A stretch of DNA of 64,000 bases from Marsupella aquatica (taxonomy: Eukaryota > Plantae > Marchantiophyta): NCBI GenBank assembly GCA_973895155.1, contig OZ316893.1:17949836-18013835 (forward strand). Direction: 5' to 3'. The notes beneath the pieces were generated by a model that did no database searches, was not told the DNA's origin, and saw nothing but the letters and a program-made list of their open reading frames with translations. Of this stretch, positions 1 through 11,799 are shown in pieces. Positions within the stretch are counted from its first letter, which is position 1; each line of letters opens with the position of its first letter. The position numbers and the translations under genes are program-made.

Positions 1-2830
1 GCTCCCGCTTACACTTCTCCCTTTCCTTGACTGCAACGGCCAACTCCCCCTAGGTCCGAGCCAATTTATCCTTGATAATCTGATTATCAGATTGAGCAGT
101 ATCCAATTGCCCCTGCATGATGTTTAGCTCATGCCGCTTAATCCATAGCTCATCTTGGGCTTTCTTGGCAGCCTTCAGGTCTTCCACCTTGGCTTCCCTT
201 GCCCTAAGTCGACGGATGACCTCGTCTTTCTTTCTTCTCTCCAAAGCCACCGCTTCTTCTAATCGGCGTTTTTCCAACATCTCCCTCTGGAAAAAGGTCC
301 CTGCTCCAACTCCTCCCCAAAGATGTTGAGCGCAAGTTCCCCACACATCTCCCTGTACTCCATGGCTCTGTCTTTAGCATAGGTGGAGTGAGTAGAAGTC
401 ATTGGCATCAACCACCGTGGCCTTTGTTCCCAAGCCGCCTTGTGGATTTCTTCTATCGTGGCTGGAGGGCTGCTTTGTTTTTCTGCAAGCTCCCTGATGT
501 CCTCTGGCCATTCTCCCCCTGGTAAATCTTTCTCCCTAGCCAGGGCTACCCTCTCTTCCTCCCTGAGTCGCTCCTGAAACTCTTGTGCTGTCTGTTTTAT
601 GCCGTCAAAGCTCGGGGGAGCGACATCTGGCTGGGGGACTCGGGGCTGTTCTGCTGGGTGGGGTCCCCTCAAACTACTCTTGGAAGCGTGGGGATGAAAC
701 GGCCAGAGGTCCTTATTCCTGGAACATGATGGTCCGACCCGTAGCCGGAGTCATCATTGCCATAGTCCTCCACCGCCTCCTCCACTGCTTGGACTACCGG
801 TCCCCCCCGCTGCTCCCCTGGTCTTGCCGTGAACACGGCCTCCTGCCGATCATAGCTAGCAGGTCCTAGTTCCTCCTCTAGCTTCCAGGCTGTCTTCTCC
901 CTCTGTGTCCCCTGAACAAGAGCCTTAGGCTGCCTTCCCTCGGCTATAGGACTCGAGGCTCCTACATACATATGAATCCTCGGCTCGTGTTCCGGCCTCC
1001 TTCTTTCCTTGGGTCCGGTAAAGGGGTTTCCTTCATGAGTCGACTTAGGCCGACCTCTGAAGGAGTGTCCTGTACCTGTGCCGTTGCCATTGCCGTTCTC
1101 TTTTCCTTCTCCAGCAATTTCAGCAAATTCTGCATGACTGGTTGTTGCATCGGCAAGTCCTCCATCCTCGGCCTAAACACCTGCTCGATTGTAGGATTGT
1201 CAGGCTGGTTTGGTTTCTCTGTTGCCGGCCTCTGTTCCGGAACCTCCTCTGGTGCCTTGCTTGCAGTGGAAGTACCGGGGCAAAGATCTGACTTTGGGCA
1301 TACCAGCATAACAACGGCATGTGATAGCCAAGTCGGGACACGCTTCCCATGCCGATCACCTGCTGTTCCTCTTTCAAGATCTTTTTCAGTTGGGTGAGGA
1401 GGTACCCGTTGTAGTCCCGGCTTGGGTTTGGCCTTTCTACTACTAGGTAGACCTGTGCCTTGCCAATCTCTGGCCTCGGCAAGTTGCGGTGCATGGTTAC
1501 CCGCAAGAAATCGATGATCTCTCCTATGTGTGGGTTGGTGCAGGTGTTCTGAAAGAAGCCATTCTTTGTTGATGGCCCTGGGAACGATCAGAACTCTTTG
1601 TCTAGCAAGGTCTTCCGGGTATCTACTTTGGTCTTATTGCCCATCGGCAAGCCAAACACTTTGGCAATCACCCGGGGAGTGAGATAGAAATCCCCCGAAG
1701 AAATCCTTCCCATACACCCTTGTGGAATTGGTCTCAGGTTCCCATGATCCCACAAATTCTAATAAGTCTGAATCCGGCACCTTCGGCTTCATCCATGGTA
1801 ATTTCACAAAAGCTTCCAAGCCGGATCCGGCCATGAAGCCCTGGTACTTCCGAGTCTGCATAGCCGTAAAGCATGCATCCTCTTCACGTGCAAAGTGTAA
1901 TTGCACTTCCTTGGGGAGGGTCGCCGCCCAGCCTTTCCAGGTATCATCTCTTGTTGGAATGGCATTGATGGGGTTGACCTCCTCTTCTTTGGCTTTGTCG
2001 TGCCTCCTGTTCCCTTGCTCGGCTGGCTTCCTTGGTGCCGCCAACCTCGTTCTCTTTGCAGGGGTGGTCACTTTGTTGGCGTTCCCTTTCCTCTTCATAG
2101 CTGCTGCCGCGGATGTTTCTCCTAGCACGGTTGCCTTCATCCACCCGTCCGTGCTACCCTTCAACTCCCAGTGTATGTCATTGTAGCGGTTGATGGCTTC
2201 TCGAATGCCGACTATTCTGTTCTCACAAAACAGAAGATCATCGAGTTCGTCGCCAGTAAGTGTCCACAAGAATTCAGCCGCGATGAGTTCTCCTCCTAAG
2301 AAGGCAGACTTTTGCAGCTCCCACAGTCGAGCGAGCTCCTGCCATTCTTGAGCGGCTCTCTCTGATTCTTCGTCCTCGTAGGTCCCAATGTACTCAGTTG
2401 CCCGTTCTAACAGGCATCCCCAAAAATGAGCAGCCTGTTTGACGTTGCTCATACCCTTCCTTGAATTGATAGTTGGTAATTGCTCCCTCCCCAAGTGCTT
2501 GCCTAAGCAGCTGATAGTAGTTGCTTCACATAGTCGTCTGCTTAGTTTGTGCTTGCAAATGAGCCACCATTCCTTGCGATCGATCCTTACCCCCCCTGCC
2601 TGGTCTTCCTTCCCGTTAGTTACCCATAGGCGCCGCCGGTACTTAGCGCGCCCTAACCCTAATCGTGTTCCCTCTCCCGATGTCCTTACTTCTGGCCTCG
2701 GCTTGGGTTCCATAGTCACCCTTAATTGTTTATATTTTCCTTGTTTTTGTTACTATACTAATGTGTTTCCAGGGTACACTCCTGATTTTACCATTTAAAC
2801 TGGCCTAGTGATTCCTAGCTAGGCATCACA
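1..2830 (-). mobile_element. Partial LTR-like unit (element G) carrying an accessory ORF; left end lies outside the window
   Basis: The right boundary ...GGCATCACA (TGTGATG on the minus strand) at 2830 abuts Copia RNase H coding sequence. A long minus-strand ORF starts about 110 bp inside this terminus. The TSD cannot be checked. Confidence 0.55.
50..2719 (-). pseudogene. Disrupted retroelement accessory protein (Athila ORF1/plant-mobile-domain-like core plus coiled-coil C-terminus)
   Basis: Chain of minus-strand ORFs: 1634-2719, 962-1309, 669-971, 259-672, 50-346. The motif GLEAFVKLPW...LLEFVGSW...TRVYGK parallels GFEHLASLPW...MTEFIQNF...TRAHGR in ORF 60253-61239. The C-terminal fragments are E/K/R-rich and coiled-coil-like. 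Confidence 0.6.
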
Positions 2831-3065
2831 GACCCAGAGGACGCAAAGTCCCAGACTAGGTATGTTTTCCTTATGGAACAAAGTGCCATTTCATGGCAAA
2901 GCTATAAGCAAACTCTCACGACTACATCGTCTAACCACTTAGAGATAATAGCACTTTATGAATCAAGCAGGGAGTGTATTTGGTTGAGAAATGTTATTAA
3001 CCATATTCATGAGAACACAGGCATGCCTCCACTGTCAGCACCAACCAAAATTCATGAAGACAATC
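2831..3065 (+). pseudogene. Ty1/copia RNase H fragment
   Basis: DPEDAKSQTRYVFLMEQSAISWQSYKQTLTTTSSNHLEIIALYESSRECIWLR...IHEDN matches the copia RNase H signature (SW-SKKQ--VA-S--EAEY-A, ending in EDN). Confidence 0.85.
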
Positions 3066-5510
3066 ACAACTACATTTTATGGCTGATTAACGGACTTTTA
3101 GAAGACATTAATCATGACGTATATGGCCAGCGGAGGAAAGACCTCATTCACGACGTTAATAGAGTGACGTTAATTACCACGTTTGGGGAGACGCTCTTTA
3201 CCACGTCCAGAACATTGTTCTTAACGTCGTACAATAGGAGGTATATGATTTTACAACGTGTTAGGCTACGTAAAATATACCCAACGCTCGTGTTTAAGTT
3301 TACCCATAAACGTCGTGTCAGGCTACGTAACAAAACATTAACCACGTCTAGTACGTCGTAATGTGCAATGCACTAAACGTCGTATTATTTTAGCGTCGTC
3401 CGTGGCCGGTATATTATGACCTCTTTTGAGACGTTTGGGTAAGTTGACATAGTAGGGGACGATGTATCGTGCTCTTGTTGTGCGATGTACGTTGGCTTAT
3501 GTAGGGCTCAACGATGTACTGTGGTGCTTAAAGGTCTTATAAAGGAGGACGTATACGGGAGTACATACATCTTATTACACATTGCACTATCTGGGTGGGG
3601 TCCTTGTTAGGGTTCAGCTCACACACAATATAACCATGTGTTTTTACATATTGTAACCCGGAATGAGGTGCCACCACAAATGGGTGGCCTGAATCAAAAT
3701 GACAAAAAATATGTACATAATGCATGGAGGACCTCCTGCTACTGAAATACCTACAACCTAATGCCGTTGAGAATGGGGCCTATCACGTCCCCATCCTCCG
3801 CCTCATTGCCGACGCAACTGATACTGCTGGGCATCCTGCTCTGAGGCACTGCTACTGCCTTCTGGTTCCGGTGCAGCCAAGGGTGGAGCCTTGCCTCTAG
3901 GTTTTGGCACTATCTGCCTGGTGCTACGTGTTACCCTAGTGGACCGCCTCTTACCACTCCTCCTTCTCCTCTCTATCTCTCCCTCTCTCTCTATCTCTAT
4001 CTCCCTTTGTCTCTCCCTTCCTTGTCCTCTGGCCCTATGAGTCTCTAGTGCAGAGAAAAGGTCACGAGAAGTGGAGCCCTGCTGACCGCAAGGTACTGGG
4101 TCCTCCTCCTGGGTACCCTCCTCCAGGGCTACAGTGTTGGGCTCCTCATCCTCCTCAATGGGTCGTGCTACTAAACCCTCTGGTGCAGTCCAATCCACCT
4201 GTGCACAAGATACAATTTCAGTCTAGGTTTGCATAAGATGCAATTTCAGTCTAGGTCTATGGAATGGTACTGAACAAGCTAGCACACTTACCGGGTGGTC
4301 TTCCGGAACAGAGTCAAGCTTTGCCCATAGGGCTGCCGGGCCATATCGCTTAGAGTATAGCCGCTCTTGCTCACTCGGCTTGGCATCTCGGCCATACTTC
4401 CGCTTCTACAGCAAAGGGAAGTTATGTTGTTCAGGGCGATGTTATTTACCTATCATCATACGACGTTACTAATACATACGTCGTCCATTAAGACGTTCAG
4501 GGGGACTCCATAGTATTAACGTCGACAAGACAACGTTAATACAATGCTAACATAGTTAGAGGCAAGGTACTACTAAGAAAACATCGTAAGAGGGAAGGTA
4601 ATGTGCGGCCAAGACGACGTTAATACTAAAAAATGACGTAAAGCACAGGATTTCACCGCAGCAGCACACGACCACAGAATGCAGACTTCAATGAGTATAG
4701 AGTGAGTCACTGCACTTACATAGGTTGCAAGAAATCCTCCCCATCCTCCCTGCCCCCAAAAATTAGCCACCTTCTTGCCACTTGCTTTTCAAACAGCAGT
4801 GGCCTTGTCTCCCATATGCACTCGCTTGCCAACTGGGGTGTCTGGGGCTGCTTCCAATTCGGAGACAATCAATTTGAAGTCCTCTTCACTCATCCCATCA
4901 GGTTTCTTGTAATCCCCTGTCCTCAAGCATCTCAGTTTTTGGACCTTGGCTCTCCACTTGAAACGCCGATCAGCTAGGTGATTCACGATCTTCTTCCTAA
5001 TGTGGCGGTAGTCAATCTCTCGCCCATTTTTGAATCCAGCCTGCACGTCATTCAGGAGCAATTGGAACTTCTTTTGGTTATGCACAAGCTCCTTCCAAGT
5101 AGTCCAACCGGGACAACGTTTAGCTATGCACATCTGCACTCTGTTTGTGAGTGCTTTCTCATCCATGACGTCCGGCCTAGCATCAAAAGCGGCAAGGGTG
5201 ATGGTGGGAAGGTGCTCCCTGTTGGCAGAAGCAGCTGCAGCTTGCTGAGAAGGACGTCGCCGCTCTGGAGGAAACAATCGTGAGTGGTCTTCTCTCCTCT
5301 CTGCTCCTATATGTCAATCTCCCCTATGTCTCTTGCTAGAAGTGCCTGCATTGTGGTCATTGGATCCTTTCCCCTTTTGCCTTCTTCTTTCAGTGCTACT
5401 GTTTGACGAAGAACGAGATCGCCTCCTCCTCCTCCTATGTTGCCGATTGTGGATATACAGTAAACTTGAAAAGCTAAGATTAAGTGCAAATTTTTAAATT
5501 TTCTGGTCGC

Positions 5511-7332
5511 TATCTAGCCCAGCTATACTCCGCTTTTGATTGCTCACTTCCTGAGGAGGTGATGGAGAGAGATTATCTTATGGAAGAAATCTCCAAGTTG
5601 TGGGAACAAGATGAAATTATGCCTACTACAGCAGAAGAGGCAAACGTCATATCGCCAGCTTCTCCAGGCAGCCGGGCAAGTCTTCACAATTCAAGTCCTT
5701 CAGATGAGGTACCCATGGACCTAGAAGCACTTACTACAGATGCTGAGATGATAGACTACCCAGGGATCCCCTCACCACCCCTTTCCACAGGAATTGGGAA
5801 GTTTCCTATTCGACTTGCACAGGACGACTCCAATCAGACCCTGATCAGTAAGGTGTGTGCTTTGCTCAACTGTGACTTTCATTCACTGTACGAGACCATT
5901 GAGCAATTGCGCCATGACGCAGTGACACAGGTTCCTCCTTCTGCACTTTCATCTCCGGATCATGAGAATTCGCCATCATCTTCACCTCCAGCAGAAATTC
6001 AGCTCTCCACAGAGGAACTTTTTGCTGTTAAGACTAGGGCTCAAATCTCAGTTCCATCCCCTACGGACTTGAAGAAGACCTCACCTACAAATTCAGAGCC
6101 TCCTCCCTGCTCATCTGTAGAACATCACTCCTGCCTTAAGATTGTCCATGAGTTAACTACTATGTTAGGCTGCCGTTCAGAAGAAGTCACCTCCATAGTC
6201 GATGAATTTCTTGATAGACCTGAACCTTCACGCTCCCCACTGCCATCCTCTCAGTTTCCCTATAGTCCTGATTCAAATTATGAGCCTACTGATAGTCTAC
6301 CTCATAAATCTTTGCACTCCACACAGCCCTTCTCTCAGCAAGGATTTCCCTTTTCTGAAGATTCTGATCCTCCATCCACACCAGAATACTTCTCTCCCTA
6401 TGATATTCCAGTCTATGACTCACCAGATCAGGGATTCGAAAGAGTTAATGCATGCAGCCTTGCGATCTAACCCCAACCTTGTTGCAGTTGTCACTTCTTC
6501 TACCCAGACTCCTAGAAATGCTATCATCTATAAAATGGAGCCTAGAACACCAGAGCAACAAGTCCAGAAGTATGTCACCACTTGTAAGGTTATGCATGCT
6601 AATACACCGCCTATAAGTGAGTTCTGGAGGTTTTATTATTTGAAGAAAGCAGAGGCTAGCTACATTTTTGATCTCAGGATGATTGGTACCTCTCGCGTGG
6701 AGTTGGCTCAGTTTGATGAGTACTGGACAGATTCAGTCTACTTCCGACCTATACTGGCCGTTATGTTTCTACAAGGTGATGTTGAAGTTGATGACCCGGA
6801 TTTAATCCTGGCCTATTTGGGAAATATAGCCGCTTATGCTTTAGATTTCTTACTGATTTTTCTAAAACAGAGCAACAAGTCTACTACCCCTGATCACCTA
6901 TATATTCCCACTGGACCCAAGGTTATCCTTACTTCAACCACTTCTTATGAAGACAAGCAACGAGTATGGAACAACATCAGCACGCAGCAGCTAACAAACT
7001 ACACTCGCTACTTCCGGGATGTGCAGTGGAAATTACGATCCTCCTACAACAAGATGCTGAGTACAGAGATGTTCTTACAATTCTACCCATCTGTCTACGC
7101 CAACTCGTGCAATTGTTTAGATGTCATAGGCATCTTACGGGAAGCAATCAGAATCAACCAGTGCTTTTTGGAGAAAAGGATGCCACTTATGTATTGGGGA
7201 AGACAGATGAGATGTCTACCTTACATCCGGGATCAACCTCACTGTGATGAAGTAAAGGAAGCTATTCGGACGCGCACTATTTGGAAAGTAGAAATTAGAG
7301 AACCAGAGGATATTCGACAACCAAAAGATTGA
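5511..7332 (+). pseudogene. Accessory ORF inside element A (C-terminal two-thirds, one frameshift near 6450)
   Basis: YLAQLYSAFDC matches YLSQLYYTYDC (element B) and YLAHIYHKYDC (ORF 48733-51249). The C-terminal domain PPISEFWRFYYLKKAEASYIFDLR...LQGDVEVDDPDL is nearly colinear with ORF 19361-20116. Confidence 0.8.
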
Positions 7333-7555
7333 AGCAGACCTGCAATTTTGTTAAGTGTCAGAGGCAGTTTCAGTTACTGTACCCCGCTCGATTTTATTAG
7401 ACATGTTTTAAGATTCCAAAACTCATCAAGTCTTTTTCAGTAGACAGCTTATACATAGGAAAACACATTGGCAAAGTCTCAATCACTTTGGATTGTAGTT
7501 AGAAAGTTAGAAATACTTTAGTTTGCTGAGTTTAGGGTTATCGTTAAGTTCCCGC

Positions 7556-7635
7556 GACTACGACTTTACGATCTTACGATCTTATGATCTTACGAACCTA
7601 CGCTTTTACGAATTACGATCTTACGATACTACGGT
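7556..7635 (+). repeat. Short tandem array of TTACGATC-like units in the promoter part of element A
   Basis: ctttacgatcttacgatcttatgatcttacgaacctacgcttttacgaattacgatcttacgatac, upstream of a TATA-like CTATAAG near 7753. Confidence 0.8.
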
Positions 7636-9452
7636 AAACTTAACTTAGTTAGTTTTAGACCTTTTCATACTTAGTTTTCATTTTTGACTTTTTGAGGGTT
7701 TTGAAGGGTCATGACTCTTCAACCCCCAAGGGTTTTTCCTCGATGTTTTTCACTATAAGTATCTTCCACTACTAATAAACAGAAGTAAGTAAGTCAGACA
7801 TGACTTGTTGCCCCTTGGTGTTGTCCTTGTGATTTTGGACTTTTTGAAGTTCAGAGCAGGCAATCCTAGGAGGGACTTACCTCCTTCTTGTATTTTGGAA
7901 CCCAAATACTTGAAGTAAAACCTCAGTTATGAATCTCGTGAATTATAATGTCAGATTCCGCTTTGGTGACACATTGTAATCTCACAAGTTCTTAGAGTTA
8001 ACCCATTGAGTTTAAGTTGCATTGGAAATGATGTTTTCACCTTCATGTTGCTTAGTACCATCTAAATGCTGAAGTATTTATCCTTTTAGATCTTGACTAA
8101 GTATCACTTAGGAAGAAAGGTCAAGACATGTTGCCGGCATTTTAAAAGGATACTCTAGTATGCAGTTTAGATCTGAAAAGCTGTGTGGATTTGAATTCCC
8201 TTAAAGTCATTCCATTATTGCTTATGTCTAAGGAGTAACCTTGGTATATTCCAAACTCCCTTAAGCATACTCTAAGAGATTTTTCCTTGTGTTTTGTTAA
8301 TTGCAACCTTTTGCTTAATTGATGGTTATATGATGTTGAGTTATCATCAAAAACTGCTCACCGCTGTGGAGCGATCTTCAAAGTACCTAATTAAAGTAGT
8401 CAAGATTGATTACTATGTGTGACACAACAGCTTAAAGCTTTATTTTTAGTTTATTACATCAAACCAACCCAATCTTGTTCTTAACGGGAACGAATACCGA
8501 GTTTAGAGACGTAAAAGAGTTCTTTTGGTTCTCTATAGCAAACTACACCGATGGTCCCTCCTATCATCTTCTGGCCTGTATCTCTCATGTGGGATTGTCA
8601 CTTGACTCTTGATAGGAGTTCGAGCTGCTACCTGAGAATCTAGTTGAATCCCAGTGAAGGCAAGATCATCCCAACCCTCGTCTGGTAGACTCAGGAACGA
8701 AGGCAACATATCAATCGATGCCCCATCAAGCTCGAGCGCGGATTCAGGCACTTCAATCGCGGCCCCCTCCTCAATCTCGGCCCCCTCCTCGTCGGCAGGA
8801 GTGTTGGCCTCAATACTCTCCAGGTATTCTATAAACCTGGACTCCTTTGTTCCTTGTCCTCCCATGAATTGCCAGCTGTGGTTGAATGCTTGAACTAGTG
8901 AATGTGTCGAACATAGGGCTCGATGCACCTTCTCCAACTCCTCTGGATGCTCCAGACCCACCTTCAGTGCATCAAAGTTCACACTACAAGGAAGATAGCC
9001 TGGATACGACATGGCAGACTATTCTGTGAGCGATTATGTGAGGTAGAGGAGGCAAGGAGAGGTAAGGACTAGAGGTGGGGAATGTCGAATGTGAGTTACA
9101 TTCAAACACTCCCTCGATGTTTCCCAAAGGAAATGACCGGGGATGCCTAACCTCGCGGATCCGCCGTTTTCCTGATTTTATGTCATTATAGACATCGTTA
9201 CGTGAAACGACGTACAGAATACATCGTACTTAATGACGTTAATCTAGATAAACGTCGTCCTTCGTGTTTTAAAGGTCATTGTTTGCGGGTCCATTGATGA
9301 CGTTAAATGTTAGGGTTTCTTCGAAAAATGACGTTAAGGCCTTGTAACGTACTGTATGGCATTGTACTTTAGGGTTAGGGTTTGTGTGGTAGGTTTAGGG
9401 TTTGGATCCTTCCCTACGCATTAATCAAAGACGGTTCAATTTGTTGCAGGGC

Positions 9453-9990
9453 ATGGTGATCTATGCATCGGACTCTCTGTCTGATGAGAGAGATGATGGG
9501 GATACGAGTCTTGGCTCCAGATACCGGCATCGTGATAGGGGTAGAGACTATTTGCCGGATAGGAGGAGGGATCATTTTCTGGTTAGGAGGAGGGACTATA
9601 CGCCGGATAGGTGGAGGGATGACTCACTGGATAGGAGGGATTATTTGCCGTAGAGGAGGGATTATTCACCAGAGAGCAGGGGTCGTGAGTCATTGCCCCG
9701 GAGGACGACTAGTGGATCTTGACATCATCACTGTCCCAATCATGAGGACGGAAGGAGAGAGAGGAGCCGCCATCATCGGTCACACCGTCGCCGGCGATCA
9801 CATGAGCCCCAGGCATACAACTCACCTTTGCCAGTGGAGGTGGGGTTTGGAGCGGCCATGGCTGCTCTTCATGGTATTGGACCAGTCCGCAAGATGCCTT
9901 GCCCTTGTAGACGATGCAAGGGCGTTGTATCTCACGAGAGCACTACCATCGTTAGCCACTTAGGGTTGTTATGTTCCACCGACACCAGAG
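9453..9990 (+). pseudogene. CACTA first coding exon: RD/RS-rich repeats plus transposase-associated domain
   Basis: One frame reads MVIYASD...(RRDYxPD repeats)...MPCPCRRCKGVVSHESTTIVSHL (CPCxxC...HL motif), with two internal stops. It ends at an AG|GTAAGT donor at 9990/9991. Confidence 0.7.
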
Positions 9991-10118
9991 GTAAGTTTTA
10001 TCCTTTTGCACAACCATTTTGAGTAACTTTAACTTTTACTAGGTTGGGGTAGGTTGGCTTCTTGAGCAATGTTCATGTTTCTCGCTTTATGAAATATTGT
10101 TGCATACATGTGGAACAG

Positions 10119-10931
10119 ATTCTTATTGTACGGTCTCCCCCTAAGGACCGCATGAGAGAGGTTGCACGTCGAGCGCTCTCTGCACTGGTCCCCCCATCGG
10201 CACTAGATGCCACCTTACGGGCAATAGACCGTGTATTTGATAGGGTGAGGGTGGCACGGGTGCACCCTATTGAGAGGGGAGTAGTGGTCAGTACTAGACC
10301 ACGGTCGTTGGAGTCTCGTCCGCCTAGGATGAGGCCACCCCGTTGCCCTTTTCTTGATGCAGCTAGTGCCCGGGAACCGAGAGAGTTACGTGGGAGAGCC
10401 TTGGACATCATAAAGGACTCATTTCCTACCCAATTTGGGCTCCCATTGGACCTTCCAATCAGGGAACCTATCATAGTTTGGGGCCGCCCTTGGGTCCTCC
10501 TTCCCTCCACATTGGGCCCCTCCGTAGGATTAGGATTATTTGCACTTGTAGATATTGTGGTCCCTGATGGTTGTGAGCCCGAGGACTTGCCTCAGCTCTT
10601 TCCATTCTATGGGCCAAAGTATTATGCACAGCGATGGCGCATCTTGTCTCGACAATGTCCGACCTTTGGTCGATATGGCATGTCTGTCAAGCTAGACCCT
10701 AGGTATGCTCAGATGGATGGTTATCCACCCCGCACTGGAAACTTGGCAGGTTACATCAATAGCACTGTGGGTTGTCGGTGTTTAGGGTTTAGGCCAAACG
10801 CTGAGTGGCACGAGTACCATGACCAGACCCACCCTCGTTTGCCACAGGCTTGTACTCATTACATCTTGACCCATGCTAGCCGCACCATTTGAGCAGGGGA
10901 AGAGATTTTTGTAGATTATGATTGGCATTGA
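10119..10931 (+). pseudogene. SET-domain (lysine methyltransferase-like) exon within the CACTA transposase locus
   Basis: SET motifs occur in order: STLGPSVGLGLFA, FPFYG, MDG...GNLAGYINS...PNAEW, and ASRTI*AGEEIFVDYDW. The TGA at 10890 is probably from CGA. There is a CAG acceptor at 10118 and a terminal TGA at 10929-10931. Confidence 0.8.
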
Positions 10932-11047
10932 GGATGGACATGATACATTCAGAATATATGGACCCATTGTTGCATATTGCATTAAATCATATTTTATTAT
11001 TTGTTTGATTATAATGTTGTATTAAATAATGATTTTAACAATTGTAG

Positions 11048-11680
11048 GATGGTGCATACATTACCCCTACACCTCACCCATCCATGATGATGATGTCAGC
11101 GCGTGACTTTCACCTACGGGCCACTCTGCACTGTTCTGATGAGGAAGATGTTGAGGGGGATAGTGACCATGAGGAGTACCATGATGCATATGATGGAGAC
11201 TTTGATGAGGACAATGGAGATGAGGGGGATGCACCCATTCTTGAAGAGGAAGCTTTTGCCCACCTTGTGGACGTTCACTTTGGACCACATGCACCTCAGG
11301 GCGAGAGGCCTACCATGGAAGTAGACCAGGAAGATTGGGACCAGTTGGAAATGGAAGCCAGAACTCCACTCTTCCTGGATTCTCCATCATCACGGTAAGT
11401 CTCATGATTGAATAGTATCATGTGTCGACCATTACTTACCACACCCAATGTGTCGATCATTACTTACCACACCCAATGTCATACCTCAAACTAATTGCAT
11501 ACAATTCCCTGGTTTCACAAATGCAGGTTGGGTGCCACTTTGTTGATGTTGAATTTTCAGGGAGTTTTCAACACTTCAGACGTCCATACAGATGCACTAT
11601 TCCAGCTATTCCACAAAAAACTCTTGCCCCAACCAAACACTCTCCCTGGGTGTGTGAGGGAAGCTAAGAAGTTGTTAACC
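11048..11680 (+). pseudogene. CACTA TnpD N-terminal exons (11048-11394 and 11527-~11680), truncated
   Basis: An acidic linker is followed by EARTPLFLDSPSSR|LGATLLMLNFQ...SDVHTDALFQLFHKKLLPQPNTLPGCVREAKKLL, the typical region preceding the Transposase_21 domain. The phase-2 GT-AG intron 11395-11526 restores the frame. Confidence 0.8.
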
Positions 11681-11799
11681 TTGTCGTGCACATACACATC
11701 GCTACACAACATACATCGCTTGTCACATACATCCAAACATAGTCACACTGCCACATCACAAACACAAGAGAATGGAATACAAGTGGAACTCATGTCCAC

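Larger units (their letters stand above)
5448..8547 (+). mobile_element. Element A: 3.1-kb solo-LTR-like unit containing a 5'-deleted accessory ORF
   Basis: TGTGG...ACTACA termini with a perfect TSD CCGAT (5443-5447 and 8548-8552). The 3' ~1.2 kb is homologous to the LTR-type end of element B (GGGAACGAATACCG...TAGCAAACTACA). There is no internal direct repeat and no gag/pol. Confidence 0.85.
3803..9012 (-). pseudogene. CACTA TnpA/Ptta-like (Transposase_24-like) gene, spliced, interrupted by element A
   Basis: ORF 8533-9012 continues across the CCGAT TSD into 5447 and below. KKPDGMSEEDFKLIVSEL...ANFWGQGGW resembles the Ptta P--v--e-W--lv--w...h--G motif. GTAAGT donors near 4718 and 4291 bound further exons down to ORF 3803-4198. 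Confidence 0.55.
3068..11680. mobile_element. CACTA/En-Spm element remnant 1 (divergent TnpA-like gene and TAD/SET/TnpD gene), right part truncated
   Basis: Dense ACGT/GACGTT subterminal-type repeats at 3110-3480. A TnpA-like gene lies on the minus strand, and transposase-associated and TnpD N-terminal exons lie on the plus strand. The left terminus is approximate (AACTACA, no clean CACTA). Confidence 0.65.

Noticed and set aside
3960-4020. (CT)n-rich tract as a regulatory microsatellite
   Set aside because: It encodes the RE-rich low-complexity part of the TnpA-like last exon on the minus strand.
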